64,000 nucleotides of DNA from Chloroflexota bacterium (GTDB lineage: Bacteria > Chloroflexota > Ktedonobacteria > Ktedonobacterales > JADMIN01), in contig JAJPKE010000005.1 in assembly GCA_021323855.1 (NCBI GenBank), positions 137,346 through 201,345 of the forward strand, written 5' to 3'. The notes below the pieces were generated by a model. The model saw nothing but the letters and a program-made list of their open reading frames with translations. It was not told where the DNA came from and did not search any database. This document shows positions 37,832 through 48,229 of this stretch, piece by piece. The first letter of the stretch is position 1; every line of letters begins with the position of its first letter. The translations under genes were made by a program, and so were the position numbers.

Positions 37832-37970
37832 GCAAGGTCTTCTTTCCGCTGATGCTGCCTAAAATTGTATGCGGCCTCTCGGTGCGGCGTCAAACGCACA
37901 AAGGTGCGCGGCACGGCACAGATGGCGTGCTATACTGGCAGCGATGCGCAACGAACGCGGAGTAGCAGGC

Positions 37971-38828
37971 ATGGCCGACACAATCGAGACAACCAACACG
38001 GCTCAGACAATCGAAAACACTGGCAACCGCAATGACGCGCAGGCGCCTCCGATGAGGATTGCGCGTGTGTTGGGTTTGCCGGTCCATGCGCTCGCTATGG
38101 AGCAAACGCTGGCCTGGATTGCGCGCCGGATTGACGAACGCGCGGACGCAAACGGAAGTGCGGCAACAGCGACGCCGCCTGCCCAGCCATTGCATCAGAT
38201 CGTCACATTGAATCCGGAGATAGTGATGGCTGCGCAGCGCGACGAGTCCCTGCGCGCGGCGATCACCAGCGCAGACCTCTGCATCGCAGATGGCGTGGGC
38301 GTCGTCTGGGCGGCGCGGCGGCGCGGGCAACGACTGGCGCGTGTCACCGGCGTTGATCTATTGGAACGCACGGCACAGGTGGCGGCGGCGCGCGGCTGGC
38401 GGCTCTTTCTGCTGGGTGCGGCGCCAGGCATTGCTGAACTGGCCGGCGAAGTGTTGCAACGGCGCTATCCAGGGTTGCAACTTGCCGGTGCGTATAGTGG
38501 TGGCCCGCAGGCGACGGCCAGAGATGACATTCTGACGCGCCTTGCTACTATGCGGCCCGATATCCTGTTCGTGGCGTTCGGCTCACCCGCGCAGGAACGT
38601 TGGATCGCCGGGCTACGCGAAGTGTTGGGCGCCGCCGGGGTCAGTGTCGCAGTCGGTGTCGGCGGCGCGTTCGATTTCATCGCCGGTCATGTGCCGCGTG
38701 CGCCGCGCTGGATGCGCCGCGTGGGGCTGGAATGGCTCTATCGCCTGCTGCGCGAACCCTGGCGCTGGCGGCGCATGCTCGCGTTGCCACGTTTCGCGCT
38801 CGCCGTCATACTCTGTAGAGATTCGTGA
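37971..38828 (+). CDS. WecB/TagA/CpsF family glycosyltransferase
   Basis: ATG 37971. ADGVGVVWAAR, FLLGAAPG, FVAFGSPAQERW motifs. Confidence 0.8.
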   Translation: MADTIETTNTAQTIENTGNRNDAQAPPMRIARVLGLPVHALAMEQTLAWIARRIDERADANGSAATATPPAQPLHQIVTLNPEIVMAAQRDESLRAAITSADLCIADGVGVVWAARRRGQRLARVTGVDLLERTAQVAAARGWRLFLLGAAPGIAELAGEVLQRRYPGLQLAGAYSGGPQATARDDILTRLATMRPDILFVAFGSPAQERWIAGLREVLGAAGVSVAVGVGGAFDFIAGHVPRAPRWMRRVGLEWLYRLLREPWRWRRMLALPRFALAVILCRDS

Positions 38829-38897
38829 TGCGATATCGCGCGTATCAAATTTTATCTTTTCAGGACGTTGCGGCGTTCTGTGGAAAGTATCGAGGGC

Positions 38898-40022
38898 ATG
38901 CACCCAATGTACCCACGACGGGATGGAACGAGTGCTACCGATATCCCCAATCTGCCGAATAGAACCGAAAGACTGGCTAAACCATCGGTTGCCGGAGAAC
39001 TCAGTCTGGAACACAAAAGCAAACAGAGCCGCCTGCTCGAACTCGTCGCAGGGTTCGCCGGCAAGCGGGTGCTGGTCGTTGGCGATATGGTCGCCGATGA
39101 ATATGTCGTCGGCACGCCCAGCCGCATCTCGCGCGAGGCGCCGGTGTTGATTCTGACGCAGAGCGACCAGTATACCGTTCCCGGAGGCGCGACCAATCCC
39201 GCCGTCAATGCGCGCACCCTCGGCGCTGAGGTGTTCCTGGCGGGCGTCGTTGGCGATGATGCGCCGGGGGAGCGGCTACGCGCGCGGCTGGCGGAGCAAG
39301 GGGTGCATATGGAGGGCCTCTTCAACGAAGCGGCACGCCCCACCTCGACCAAGACACGCATTCTGGCCGGCGGCACGCAACTGGTGCAGCAGCAGATCGT
39401 GCGCATTGACCAGATAGATCACTCAGAACTGAGCGAGGAGTGCAGCCGCGACATCAAAGCCTATCTGCGCGATATGATTCCTACCGTGGATGCGCTGATC
39501 TTCTCGGACTATGAGATCGGCGTCATCAATCAGGCGATCATCGAGGCGGCGTTGCCACTCGCCAAGACACTCGGCAAGATCATCACGGTGGATTCGCATG
39601 GCGACCTGGCGCGCTTTCAAGGAGCGACAGCACTGACGCCAAACCAGCCGGAGGCCGAGGCGACGCTGGGCATGCGCATCACCGACCGCGCCAGCCTGGA
39701 ACGGGCAGGTGCGCGGCTGTTGGAAGATACCGGCGCCAGTGGGGTGCTGATTACACGAGGCAGCGAAGGCATGAGCCTCTTTGAGCAGGGAGCGCCGCCG
39801 CACCACATTCCCGCCTCGAATCTGGCGGAGGTGGCGGACCCCACCGGCGCGGGCGATACCGTCGCCGCGACCTTCACGCTGGCGCTGGTGGCTGGCGGCA
39901 CAATGGCGGAAGCGGCGCTGCTGGCCAATATCGCGGCAGGGCTGGTGGTGCGACGCATTGGCTGCGCCACCAATACGCCGCAGGAACTGGCGGCGGCGGT
40001 GGCCGCGCTGGTAAAGGATTAG
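38898..40022 (+). CDS. hldA: D-beta-D-heptose 7-phosphate kinase (RfaE domain I, PfkB family)
   Basis: GKRVLVVGDMVADEYVVGTPSRISREAPVLIL and DPTGAGDTV motifs. Start uncertain (GTG 38868 or ATG 38898). Confidence 0.8.
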   Translation: MHPMYPRRDGTSATDIPNLPNRTERLAKPSVAGELSLEHKSKQSRLLELVAGFAGKRVLVVGDMVADEYVVGTPSRISREAPVLILTQSDQYTVPGGATNPAVNARTLGAEVFLAGVVGDDAPGERLRARLAEQGVHMEGLFNEAARPTSTKTRILAGGTQLVQQQIVRIDQIDHSELSEECSRDIKAYLRDMIPTVDALIFSDYEIGVINQAIIEAALPLAKTLGKIITVDSHGDLARFQGATALTPNQPEAEATLGMRITDRASLERAGARLLEDTGASGVLITRGSEGMSLFEQGAPPHHIPASNLAEVADPTGAGDTVAATFTLALVAGGTMAEAALLANIAAGLVVRRIGCATNTPQELAAAVAALVKD

Positions 40023-40028
40023 CTGACA

Positions 40029-40616
40029 ATGGGACAGGTTATCGCAGAGGATGCGCTGGCGCAGGTGGTCGCGGAACGCCAGCAGCACGGCGAACGGGCG
40101 GCCTTTACCAATGGCTGCTTCGATCTGCTGCATCTCGGCCATGTCACCTATCTGCGACGCGCCCGCGACCTCGGTGATTTCCTGATCGTCGCCGTCAACA
40201 GCGACGACTCTGCGCGCCGGTTGAAGGGACTGCGACGCCCGCTGGTGCCGCAGGGAGAACGCGCCGAAGTACTAGCGGCGCTGGCAAATGTTGACTATGT
40301 GACGATCTTTGCAGACAATACCGCTGGGCGACTGATCGAGCGGCTCCGGCCCGCCATCTATGTCAAAGGCGCTGATTATGCGGGCGACGAGCAGCGTGGC
40401 GACTACCGGCTGTCGTCCACAACGTTACAGCGCTTGCTCTCCGGCGACAGCAGCGACTATCCTGAACTGGCAACACTTGCGGAACGTCTGCCGGAGGCGC
40501 AGGTGGTGGCCGGATATGGCGGAGAACTGGCACTGCTTTCCTATTTGCCGGGGCACTCCACTACTGAATTGATAGAGCAGATATTGAGGCGGTATGGGCA
40601 TTCTGAGGCCACGTAA
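40029..40616 (+). CDS. hldC: D-beta-D-heptose 1-phosphate adenylyltransferase (RfaE domain II, cytidylyltransferase fold)
   Basis: FTNGCFDLLHLGHVTYL and VAVNSDDS motifs. Confidence 0.8.
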   Translation: MGQVIAEDALAQVVAERQQHGERAAFTNGCFDLLHLGHVTYLRRARDLGDFLIVAVNSDDSARRLKGLRRPLVPQGERAEVLAALANVDYVTIFADNTAGRLIERLRPAIYVKGADYAGDEQRGDYRLSSTTLQRLLSGDSSDYPELATLAERLPEAQVVAGYGGELALLSYLPGHSTTELIEQILRRYGHSEAT

Positions 40617-42468
40617 GCAGGAGCAGTCCGGCGAGCATCCAGAGCATCCAGGTGTTCATCCCGGCGCTCTCAGCGGTGAACACAGCGCTCCACCACCCTT
40701 CGACAGTGATGGCGCGGTGTTGATTGCCAACGAAGAGGAAGGGCAGCAAATGCCTATCCTCCTCGAAGGAGTGCCCACAGAAACACCCTCCGGCGAATCC
40801 GACGCGACAGCGGGCAGCAAGCGCATGCTGAAAACTGCTGGCCTCATAAGCATTGGCACGCTGCTCAGCAGTATCCTCGGCTTTGTGCGCATCGAAACGC
40901 TCAATGTGCTGTTCTACGGCATCGCCAGCGGCCCGTTCGTCATCGCGCTCAAGCCTGTGCAGATGGTGAGCGATCTGCTCGTCGGCGGCTCGGTCAGCGG
41001 CGCGCTGATTCCCACCTTCACCGATTACAGCGACCCGGAACAGCGCGCGGAACTGCGACGCATCTATAGCACTGTCGCTAACATCATCCTGCTCGTCATG
41101 TCGGTAGCGGTCGTCGGCGTGTTCTTCGCCGCGCCCTATTTCGTCCCCTTCGCCACAGCGGGGTTTAGTCCCGATCAACAGCAACTGACCGTCATTCTGG
41201 TGCGGCTGATCGCCTTCTCACTCTTTGGCTTGGGACTCTACGCCGCCACCTCGGCATTGCTCTATGCGCTGAAAGAAGTGGTGTATCCTGCCTTCGCCAC
41301 CGGCATGTATCACATCGGTATCGTCGTGGTGGGCGTGGCGGCGCTGCTCTTCGGCGCGACACGGCTGGGCGTGCCGCTCAACGAACTATTTCATCCGGGC
41401 ACGGTCAGCGCCAGCCTGACGCATGCTCGTGAGATTGGCGCGCGTGGCCTGGCGCTGGGCGCGGCGGTCGGCGCGCTGGCAGAGTTCCTGGTGATGCTGC
41501 CGGGCCTGCGTAAAGTGCGGGTTCTCTGGCAGCCGGTCCTCGATCTGCGCCATCCAGCCGTGCGCCGTATCTTCGTCCTTTACGCGCCGGTGGCCCTCGG
41601 CCTGATCTTCACGCTGGCGCAGCAATCGGTAGACCTCGTGCTGGCGGGACGCACACCTGGCAACTCCGGCAATAACGTGACGGCGATGCAGAGCGGCACC
41701 ACGCTGACGCAGTTCCCCATCGGGCTGGTGGTGGCGGCGCTCTCCTTCACGGTGCTGCCACCGCTTACCAAAGCAGCCACCGGCGAGAATATGGTGGAGT
41801 TCAAGCGCACGGTGGTCATGGGCATCCGCCTCGGCTTGCTGCTCATGGTTCCCTCGATGGTGGGGTTGATCGTGCTGCGCGAGCCGATCATGGCGATGCT
41901 CTTTCAGCACGGCACCTGCGATCACGGCTGCACGGTGCGCAATGCGCTGGCGCTGCAAAATTACGCCATTCAGTTGCCGTTCGTGGCAGTGGACCAGATT
42001 TTGATTGCGGCGTTCTATGCGCGCAAGAACACCATCACCCCAATGCTGGTCGGCGTCGTCTCGATCCTCTTCTACCTCTCGGTGGCGCTGCCGTTCGGCG
42101 GTACGATTGGCATGCCAGCGCTAGCCTTTGCCGACACGCTCAAGAACGCCAGCCACGCAGTCATTCTCTTCATCTTGCTGACACTGGCGATTGGCGACCT
42201 GGGCCGCCGCGAACTGCTGGGCGGCGGCTGGCGCATCCTGCTAGCAGCGGCGGTCATGGCGTTCATCTGCTGGGACCTGCTCAACTTCCTGCCGAGCGTG
42301 TTGCCGCATGTCTTCAATACCGACAAAGCCAGCGGCCAGGCATTGATTTTCATCGTCGCCGGGGCTGCTGGCTCCATCGTCTATTTTGGCATCGTCACGC
42401 TGCTCCGCGTCGAAGAGGTGCGGCTGATCGGCAGCATTATTCGCAGCCGCTTCGGTGGCCGTAAATAA
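40594..42468 (+). CDS. murJ: Lipid II flippase MurJ (MviN family)
   Basis: Multi-pass membrane protein with LLSSILGFVR near the N-terminus. Start uncertain (40594, 40750 or 40825). Confidence 0.8.
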   Translation: MGILRPRKQEQSGEHPEHPGVHPGALSGEHSAPPPFDSDGAVLIANEEEGQQMPILLEGVPTETPSGESDATAGSKRMLKTAGLISIGTLLSSILGFVRIETLNVLFYGIASGPFVIALKPVQMVSDLLVGGSVSGALIPTFTDYSDPEQRAELRRIYSTVANIILLVMSVAVVGVFFAAPYFVPFATAGFSPDQQQLTVILVRLIAFSLFGLGLYAATSALLYALKEVVYPAFATGMYHIGIVVVGVAALLFGATRLGVPLNELFHPGTVSASLTHAREIGARGLALGAAVGALAEFLVMLPGLRKVRVLWQPVLDLRHPAVRRIFVLYAPVALGLIFTLAQQSVDLVLAGRTPGNSGNNVTAMQSGTTLTQFPIGLVVAALSFTVLPPLTKAATGENMVEFKRTVVMGIRLGLLLMVPSMVGLIVLREPIMAMLFQHGTCDHGCTVRNALALQNYAIQLPFVAVDQILIAAFYARKNTITPMLVGVVSILFYLSVALPFGGTIGMPALAFADTLKNASHAVILFILLTLAIGDLGRRELLGGGWRILLAAAVMAFICWDLLNFLPSVLPHVFNTDKASGQALIFIVAGAAGSIVYFGIVTLLRVEEVRLIGSIIRSRFGGRK

Positions 42469-42486
42469 TCTCCGGTCGCTGGAAGG

Positions 42487-43857
42487 TTACGCGAGCCTGC
42501 GGAAATCCGGCGGAATCAGCACAGCGACGATGACCAGGATGGTGAATGCGCCACCCGCCGAGATGACGAGAGCCGGCCCAAACGCCGCCACCGCAAAGCC
42601 TGCCGCCGCCACGGAAATCGGGAAGAGGCCGAAGTTACCGAAGGCCAACGCGCCCATGAAGCGCCCCATCAGGTGACGCGGCAACTTCTGTTGTACCAGC
42701 GTGAGGAATGAGACGTTCCCCAGCCCGTTGCACAGCCCCATCAGGCCAATCGCTATCGTTGCGCCCGTCAGCGTACCCGTCAGCGGAATCGCCACCACTG
42801 CTAAGCCCTGGAATGCCCAGACCGCCATATTAACCATCCAGGGATGTGGCACATGCGTCAGGAATCCACCGCTGATGCCGCCAACCAGCGCACCAGCGCC
42901 GAACGCCGCCAGCAGGATGCCATAACCGTTGGCCCCGGCATGTAACGGCCCATGCGCCAGCGCCGGCAGGCCGACCTCCAGCGTGCCACCATAGATGAGG
43001 TTAAGCGCAATCACCATCACCAGAATCAACTGAAAGAGCCGCGAACCGCGCAGGAACCGCCAGAAACCCATTTCAGGCGTGGGTTGTCCATCTGCCGTTT
43101 CGCTGGATGCAGCGTTTTCTTTCTGCGCTGCAACGGCTGCCGGTTTGCGGCCAGTGCGCATGGCGGCCAGCGTGCCAGCGGAGGCGATGAAGGTAAAGGC
43201 GTCCACCGCTAGCGCCACGCCGGAACGGAACTGGCTGACGATCAGCCCGCCAAGACCCGGCCCGGCAAGATTGGCAAGCTGTACCCAGGAGAAATTCAGC
43301 GAATTGCCCGCCTGCAAAGCGTCGTCCGGCAGGACATCCGGCGTGATGGCCCAGGAAGCCGGGATGAAGAGTCCAGCGAAAAGTCCCAACGGCGCCATCA
43401 GCGCGCAGAGTTGCCAGAGTGTTGGGTGTCCCCAGAGCGCCAGCGCCGCCAGCGCGCCGACCAGCAGCATGCGCGCGCAGTCGGCGCTCAGCATCACCCG
43501 GCGCGGACGCAGGCGGTCGCTGAGCCAGCCACCAATCAGCAGCGTGCCGACGCGCGGGATGCCATAGGCCATCAGCACAATGCCCAGGTCTTGCGCGCTG
43601 CCACCATTGCTGAGGACCAGCCAGGGCAGCGCCACCTCATAAAAATTATCGCCAATGATCGAAATCAACTGGCCGCTGAAAAGCAGCCGGAAATCACGAT
43701 AGCGCAGCGGCGCGAACAGATTCGCCAGGAAACGCACTGGATGCCGGTGTGACTTATCAGGCTCCTGGTGCCTGGATTCAGACGAGCTATCTGGTATAGG
43801 TCCTGTGGATGTTTCATCCACAGGCGCCGTTTCAGTGGGCAGGGACATAGAAAACAC
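42487..43857 (-). CDS. MFS transporter
   Basis: 456-aa ORF, 12-TM-like pattern, GGWLSDRLRPRRVM loop motif. Confidence 0.8.
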   Translation of the reverse strand: MFSMSLPTETAPVDETSTGPIPDSSSESRHQEPDKSHRHPVRFLANLFAPLRYRDFRLLFSGQLISIIGDNFYEVALPWLVLSNGGSAQDLGIVLMAYGIPRVGTLLIGGWLSDRLRPRRVMLSADCARMLLVGALAALALWGHPTLWQLCALMAPLGLFAGLFIPASWAITPDVLPDDALQAGNSLNFSWVQLANLAGPGLGGLIVSQFRSGVALAVDAFTFIASAGTLAAMRTGRKPAAVAAQKENAASSETADGQPTPEMGFWRFLRGSRLFQLILVMVIALNLIYGGTLEVGLPALAHGPLHAGANGYGILLAAFGAGALVGGISGGFLTHVPHPWMVNMAVWAFQGLAVVAIPLTGTLTGATIAIGLMGLCNGLGNVSFLTLVQQKLPRHLMGRFMGALAFGNFGLFPISVAAAGFAVAAFGPALVISAGGAFTILVIVAVLIPPDFRRLA

Positions 43858-43970
43858 CTCCGTGCCGGATATGTGGATGATTGGGAATTGAGATGCAGGA
43901 CAGTGGGTAAGGCTTGTTTTGCCTATCCTCAGCCAGCCTCAGCAGGTGAAAGGCAGGCAGTTCCTGCGCT

Positions 43971-44007
43971 CCCCTCTCCTTGTGGGAGAGGGGCTGGGGG
44001 TGAGGTC
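43971..44007. repeat. Family A GC-rich palindromic element (single hairpin, inverted)
   Basis: CCCCTCTCC-TTGT-GGGAGAGGGG-CTGGGGGTGAGGTC, 3' of the minus-strand stop at 44015. Confidence 0.8.
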
Positions 44008-44014
44008 GTCAGCT

Positions 44015-45283
44015 TCATTCGACGAAGATGTCGAAGACGGCAAAGGTTTCGGTGTCTACGAACGCCGTCAGTTGCGCGGCGCTGCTGACATCCCGCATGT
44101 GGAAGTGATAGGCCGGGCGCCCGGCATACTCCGCCAGCGTCTCCGGTTCGAGGACGCTACGCGGGTGCTCCGCCAGGAAACGCTTCGCAACGGGATGGGC
44201 GGCGCCAAGCGTGGAGATCGAACTGAAGCCGATACCACAATCCGGGCAGCGATAGAGGAAATAACGGACATCGGGATAGGTAGCCTCTGGAACGTCTTCC
44301 GGGCGCAGCACTTCTAACCGCACGCGATGCCGTGCGCAAACAGGGCAGATCGTGCGATAGCCATTGGCGACAGCGTTCGTATAGAAAGCGGCGTTGCGCA
44401 GCAAAAATTTCTTGTGGGCTGGCAGAAAAGCCCGTGGCTGCTGGCCGGGATAGTAATCAGTGGTCCGCACGCTATCTGCCCTGTAGCGCATCCAACATTC
44501 CGGGCAGCGCATACGCATCGTCACGCGGCCATCCGGCTCTGGCTCGAAGCGACCTTGCAGATGATGGTTGCCGCAGAAGTTGCACCAGAGCCGCGTCTCA
44601 CGCCAGCCACTATCCGCCTCACTATCCAGCAGCAGACCGAAATCTTCAGCCTCGGCGCGCAGTTCGTTGCTGAGGAGCCGGCGAAACTGGTTGCGGGCGC
44701 GATGCAGCCGCACCTCCAGCGCATTGCTGCTCAGCCCCAACCGTGCCGCCGCCTCACGCTGTGGCAGATCGCTGAGGTAGCAGAGCGTCAGCGCCTCGCG
44801 CGTGGCGGGCGGCAGCAGCGCCAGCGCGCGGTCCAGCAGCGTCAGCAAATCCTGGCGGCTGAGCAGTTCGGCGGGATCACTCTCCTCAGCGCCGGCAAAC
44901 TCCAGCGGAAGGGCCTCATCTACGTCGATATCCAGCGCTGGTAGCAGATTAGCAAACGGCATCTCATGGCGCGCATTCTGGGCATCGCTGCGCAGGCGGC
45001 GACGCACGATATTGCGGCAGATACCATCGAGCCAGGCGTCGAAGCGGTCGGGCGCGCTCAGGCGTTCCAGGCTGCGCCACGCCTGCACCAGCGTCTCCTG
45101 GGCAGCGTCTTCCGCCGCATCATACGCCAGCCCTTGCAGACGAGCGATTCGCTGAAGACGTGGCCGCGCCGCTGCCAGCAGTCGTTCGAGTTCGGCATTC
45201 AAGGTTATGTGTGTTGTATGGGATGTATGGCTATCGCGCAAGGCGAACAGGGTGGTATCGTGTGTATCGAGTGCCTCAAACAT
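44015..45283 (-). CDS. Sigma-70/ECF-like sigma factor with ~190-aa C-terminal extension carrying four CxxC pairs
   Basis: Region 2 (AAQETLVQAWRSLERL...WLDGICRNIV) and region 4 (TREALTLCYLSDLPQREAAARLGLSSNALEVRLHRAR). Then CNFC...CPEC and CPVC...CPDC. Confidence 0.8.
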   Translation of the reverse strand: MFEALDTHDTTLFALRDSHTSHTTHITLNAELERLLAAARPRLQRIARLQGLAYDAAEDAAQETLVQAWRSLERLSAPDRFDAWLDGICRNIVRRRLRSDAQNARHEMPFANLLPALDIDVDEALPLEFAGAEESDPAELLSRQDLLTLLDRALALLPPATREALTLCYLSDLPQREAAARLGLSSNALEVRLHRARNQFRRLLSNELRAEAEDFGLLLDSEADSGWRETRLWCNFCGNHHLQGRFEPEPDGRVTMRMRCPECWMRYRADSVRTTDYYPGQQPRAFLPAHKKFLLRNAAFYTNAVANGYRTICPVCARHRVRLEVLRPEDVPEATYPDVRYFLYRCPDCGIGFSSISTLGAAHPVAKRFLAEHPRSVLEPETLAEYAGRPAYHFHMRDVSSAAQLTAFVDTETFAVFDIFVE

Positions 45284-45481
45284 TGGCTTTCTCTCCTTTC
45301 ATACCACCCTGTCGCGCCATGTCCCCAAAACCTTACATCATTTTTTCGCACATGGTGATGAGATCTTCTCACTGCTCATAAATGCTATCATCAGGGTCAA
45401 TATTGTCCTATTTTAAGAATATACTTAGTGTTGGAAAGTGCGTTCTACATGTTCTGAGAACAGCGAGGAGTATGCGGAAGC

Positions 45482-45916
45482 ATGAGTATGCAGCCAAGAC
45501 TCGTAGGACAGACCAAATCAGCGGGTTTTCAAGTCGGGGTTCGCCGAACGTTCCCCGTTTCATTAGATGATGCCTGGCGTTTTCTCACCTCTGAGCGGGG
45601 CGTAGATATCTGGCTCGGCGAACCATTGTCATTGCGATTTGTCGTAGGGGAAACCTTTACGACAACCGATGGAACAACCGGCACAATTCGCGTAGTGAAT
45701 CCTCGTGTAAATATCCGCCTGACCTGGCAGCCGCCAGAGTGGCAACAGCCCTCAACGATCCAGGTGCGCACTATTGCCAACGGGGAACAGACGACGATCA
45801 GTTTTCATCAAGAACAGTTGGCGGGCGCCAGAGAACGCGCACACATGCAGCAGCATTGGCAGCGCGTTCTCGAAACCTTCCAGACGCTTTTTGCAGAGCG
45901 TGCGCCAGTTGAATGA
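45482..45916 (+). CDS. SRPBCC (AHSA1/START-like) domain protein
   Basis: 144-aa ORF with the length and pattern of the Aha1-like SRPBCC family. Confidence 0.6.
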   Translation: MSMQPRLVGQTKSAGFQVGVRRTFPVSLDDAWRFLTSERGVDIWLGEPLSLRFVVGETFTTTDGTTGTIRVVNPRVNIRLTWQPPEWQQPSTIQVRTIANGEQTTISFHQEQLAGARERAHMQQHWQRVLETFQTLFAERAPVE

Positions 45917-45983
45917 GACGGCAGGATTTCGCCTGCCGTTGAACCAGCGCACAGTACCGAATAGTGAGGAAAGGGCGTATCTC

Positions 45984-46844
45984 ATGAGCGACAACCCCTC
46001 GAACAGGTCGAACAGTTCCGTCGAAACCGGTTATCTTGATGTCGCGGGCGGGCGATTGTATTACGAGGTCACGGGCGCCGGGTATCCACTGCTGCTGGTG
46101 CATGCCGACGTGTCCGACCATAGCATGTGGGACGAGCAGGTCAACGCTTTTGCAGAGCAATATCGCGTCGTGCGCTTCGATAAGCGCGGCTTCGGCAAGA
46201 CGACCTCGGAGGATGGTCCGTTTTCATACCGGCAGGATATGGCGGCATTGCTCGCACACCTGGGCATCGAGAAGGCTGCCATCCTGGGCCTCTCCAACGG
46301 CGGGACGCAGGTGGTTGACTTCACGCTTGAGCATCCCGAACTGGTAGATGCGCTGATTGTCGTTGCCGGCGCCGCCAGTGGAGATGAGCAATCGTTCAGC
46401 AATCCAACTGAGACTGAGACGGCCTTGTTCAGCCAGTATGAGACGCTGGAGGAGCAGAAGGATTATGAGGGGCTGGTCAAACTTGGCGTACATGTCTGGT
46501 GCGATGGACCCAACCAGCCGGAGGGACGCGCCGCCGCCTCGGTGCGCGAGCGCATAGCGGAGACGCTCCGCAACAACTACCGGCTGCACCAGGAGAAGCT
46601 GGAGCCGCAACCATTGGAGCCACCTGCCGCCGGGCGACTGAGCGAGATTCATGTGCCCACGCTGGTGATCGTCGGCGACTTCGATGAATCTGGCACGGTG
46701 GCAGCGGCGAATACACTGGCGAAGGGCATCCCTGGCGCGCAGCACGCCGTCTTTCAGGGCGTGGCGCATATGGTGAACATGGAGCAGCCGGAACGCTTCA
46801 ACACGCTCGTGCTGGACTTCCTGGCGCAAGCGTTGCCGCAATAA
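45984..46844 (+). CDS. Alpha/beta hydrolase
   Basis: ATG 45984 avoids overlap with the previous gene. LLLVHADVSDHSMWD, nucleophile elbow GLSNGG, C-terminal GVAHMVNMEQPERF. Confidence 0.85.
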   Translation: MSDNPSNRSNSSVETGYLDVAGGRLYYEVTGAGYPLLLVHADVSDHSMWDEQVNAFAEQYRVVRFDKRGFGKTTSEDGPFSYRQDMAALLAHLGIEKAAILGLSNGGTQVVDFTLEHPELVDALIVVAGAASGDEQSFSNPTETETALFSQYETLEEQKDYEGLVKLGVHVWCDGPNQPEGRAAASVRERIAETLRNNYRLHQEKLEPQPLEPPAAGRLSEIHVPTLVIVGDFDESGTVAAANTLAKGIPGAQHAVFQGVAHMVNMEQPERFNTLVLDFLAQALPQ

Positions 46845-46868
46845 ATTTGGAGGGCATGACACACACGT

Positions 46869-47381
46869 ATGAGCAACAACACGAGCAAAGCGCAACTCCT
46901 CGATGACCTTCACAAAGAAGAGGCGTACTATGAGGCGCTATTGCAAGACATACAGGACACTGGCGAGGAGCATCTGACCCAGCCGGGCGTCGCCGGTGAG
47001 TGGTCCATCAAAGATATCGTTGCCCACCTGACGGGCTGGCGGCGGCGCAGCGTGGCACGATTCCAGGCGGCGCTACGCCACGAACCGCAGCCTGCGCCAC
47101 CCTGGCCAGCGAACCTGCAAGAGGATGATGAGATCAATGCCTGGATCTACGCCGCCAACCGCGACCGCTCCGTCTCCGAGGTGTTGAGCGATTCACGCGC
47201 GGTCTTTGAGCAACTGGTGGAGACGCTTGGCGCATTTTCCGAAGCTGACCTGAATGATCCGGCGCGCTTCCCCTGGCTGGAAGAGGGAGATTTCCCGCTG
47301 ACCGGCGCCATCTTCTTCGCGCACTTTCACGAGGAGCATGAGCCGGATATGCGTGCGTGGCTGGAAAAGGTCAGACAGTAG
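46869..47381 (+). CDS. ClbS/DfsB family four-helix-bundle protein
   Basis: 170-aa ORF. KAQLLDDL...GEWSIKDIVAHLTGWRR pattern. Confidence 0.7.
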   Translation: MSNNTSKAQLLDDLHKEEAYYEALLQDIQDTGEEHLTQPGVAGEWSIKDIVAHLTGWRRRSVARFQAALRHEPQPAPPWPANLQEDDEINAWIYAANRDRSVSEVLSDSRAVFEQLVETLGAFSEADLNDPARFPWLEEGDFPLTGAIFFAHFHEEHEPDMRAWLEKVRQ

Positions 47382-47407
47382 AAAGGCTAAGACCCACGCT
47401 CAAGTGT

Positions 47408-48049
47408 TCAGCCGTTGATTTCTAAGGCGGCGTCGAGGGCGTGGCGCATCTCCCAGGCCAGCTCATCGGTCTGTTCGGGGCCAAGCGACATCAGTTGCAC
47501 CTCCAACTCCGCGATGGGCCGAAGCTGGCCGAGCGCCCGCGCGAAACCAGGAAAGCCGCGCACCGGCGTCGTTGCCAGCAACGTCTGGATGGTCGCCCAA
47601 TACACCGTGCAGCAGCCGCGCTGATCGCCGCTGTTGTAGCGCGGCGCGCCGACGCGAATCGCCGCGTGGATGGCCTCGTGGATATCTGCGAGGCTGCTGA
47701 TGGGCGGCAGATCGGGGATATCCAGCAGCGTCGCCACGCGCACCTGCAATTCAGCGACGCGATTATCCGCCAGCATGTCTATCAATAGCCGAATGTTGAG
47801 ATTGCTCACCAGCCACGCGACCTGCTGCCAGCCTTTGAGCGTCTCCTGGTCGCTGCCGAGCATCGTGTGCATCGTCAACAACAGCGTCGAATAGCTGGCC
47901 TCGGCCACCTCGATGCGCGTGTTTCCTGGCGCCTGCGTCACACGGCTGCTGATCTGCGCTGCCAATGCCTTCACCGCGTTCAAACGGATGGCGCCCGCCT
48001 GCCGGTTGACATTGACAGAACCCGTTTGCGGTGTTGTCCGTAACTCCAT
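47408..48049 (-). CDS. Hypothetical protein
   Basis: Track ORF 47408..48190 overlaps tRNA-Pro. Start moved to ATG 48049 (MELRTTPQ). No motif recognised. Confidence 0.45.
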   Translation of the reverse strand: MELRTTPQTGSVNVNRQAGAIRLNAVKALAAQISSRVTQAPGNTRIEVAEASYSTLLLTMHTMLGSDQETLKGWQQVAWLVSNLNIRLLIDMLADNRVAELQVRVATLLDIPDLPPISSLADIHEAIHAAIRVGAPRYNSGDQRGCCTVYWATIQTLLATTPVRGFPGFARALGQLRPIAELEVQLMSLGPEQTDELAWEMRHALDAALEING

Positions 48050-48152
48050 CCAGCCCACCCCTCTGTTCCACGGCCCAACCAGAAGCTGATGATCTGCACC
48101 TGAAAAAATAACGGATAGACAAAGGGCGATCTTCCTGAGAAGATCGCCCTGA

Positions 48153-48229
<77 letters not shown>

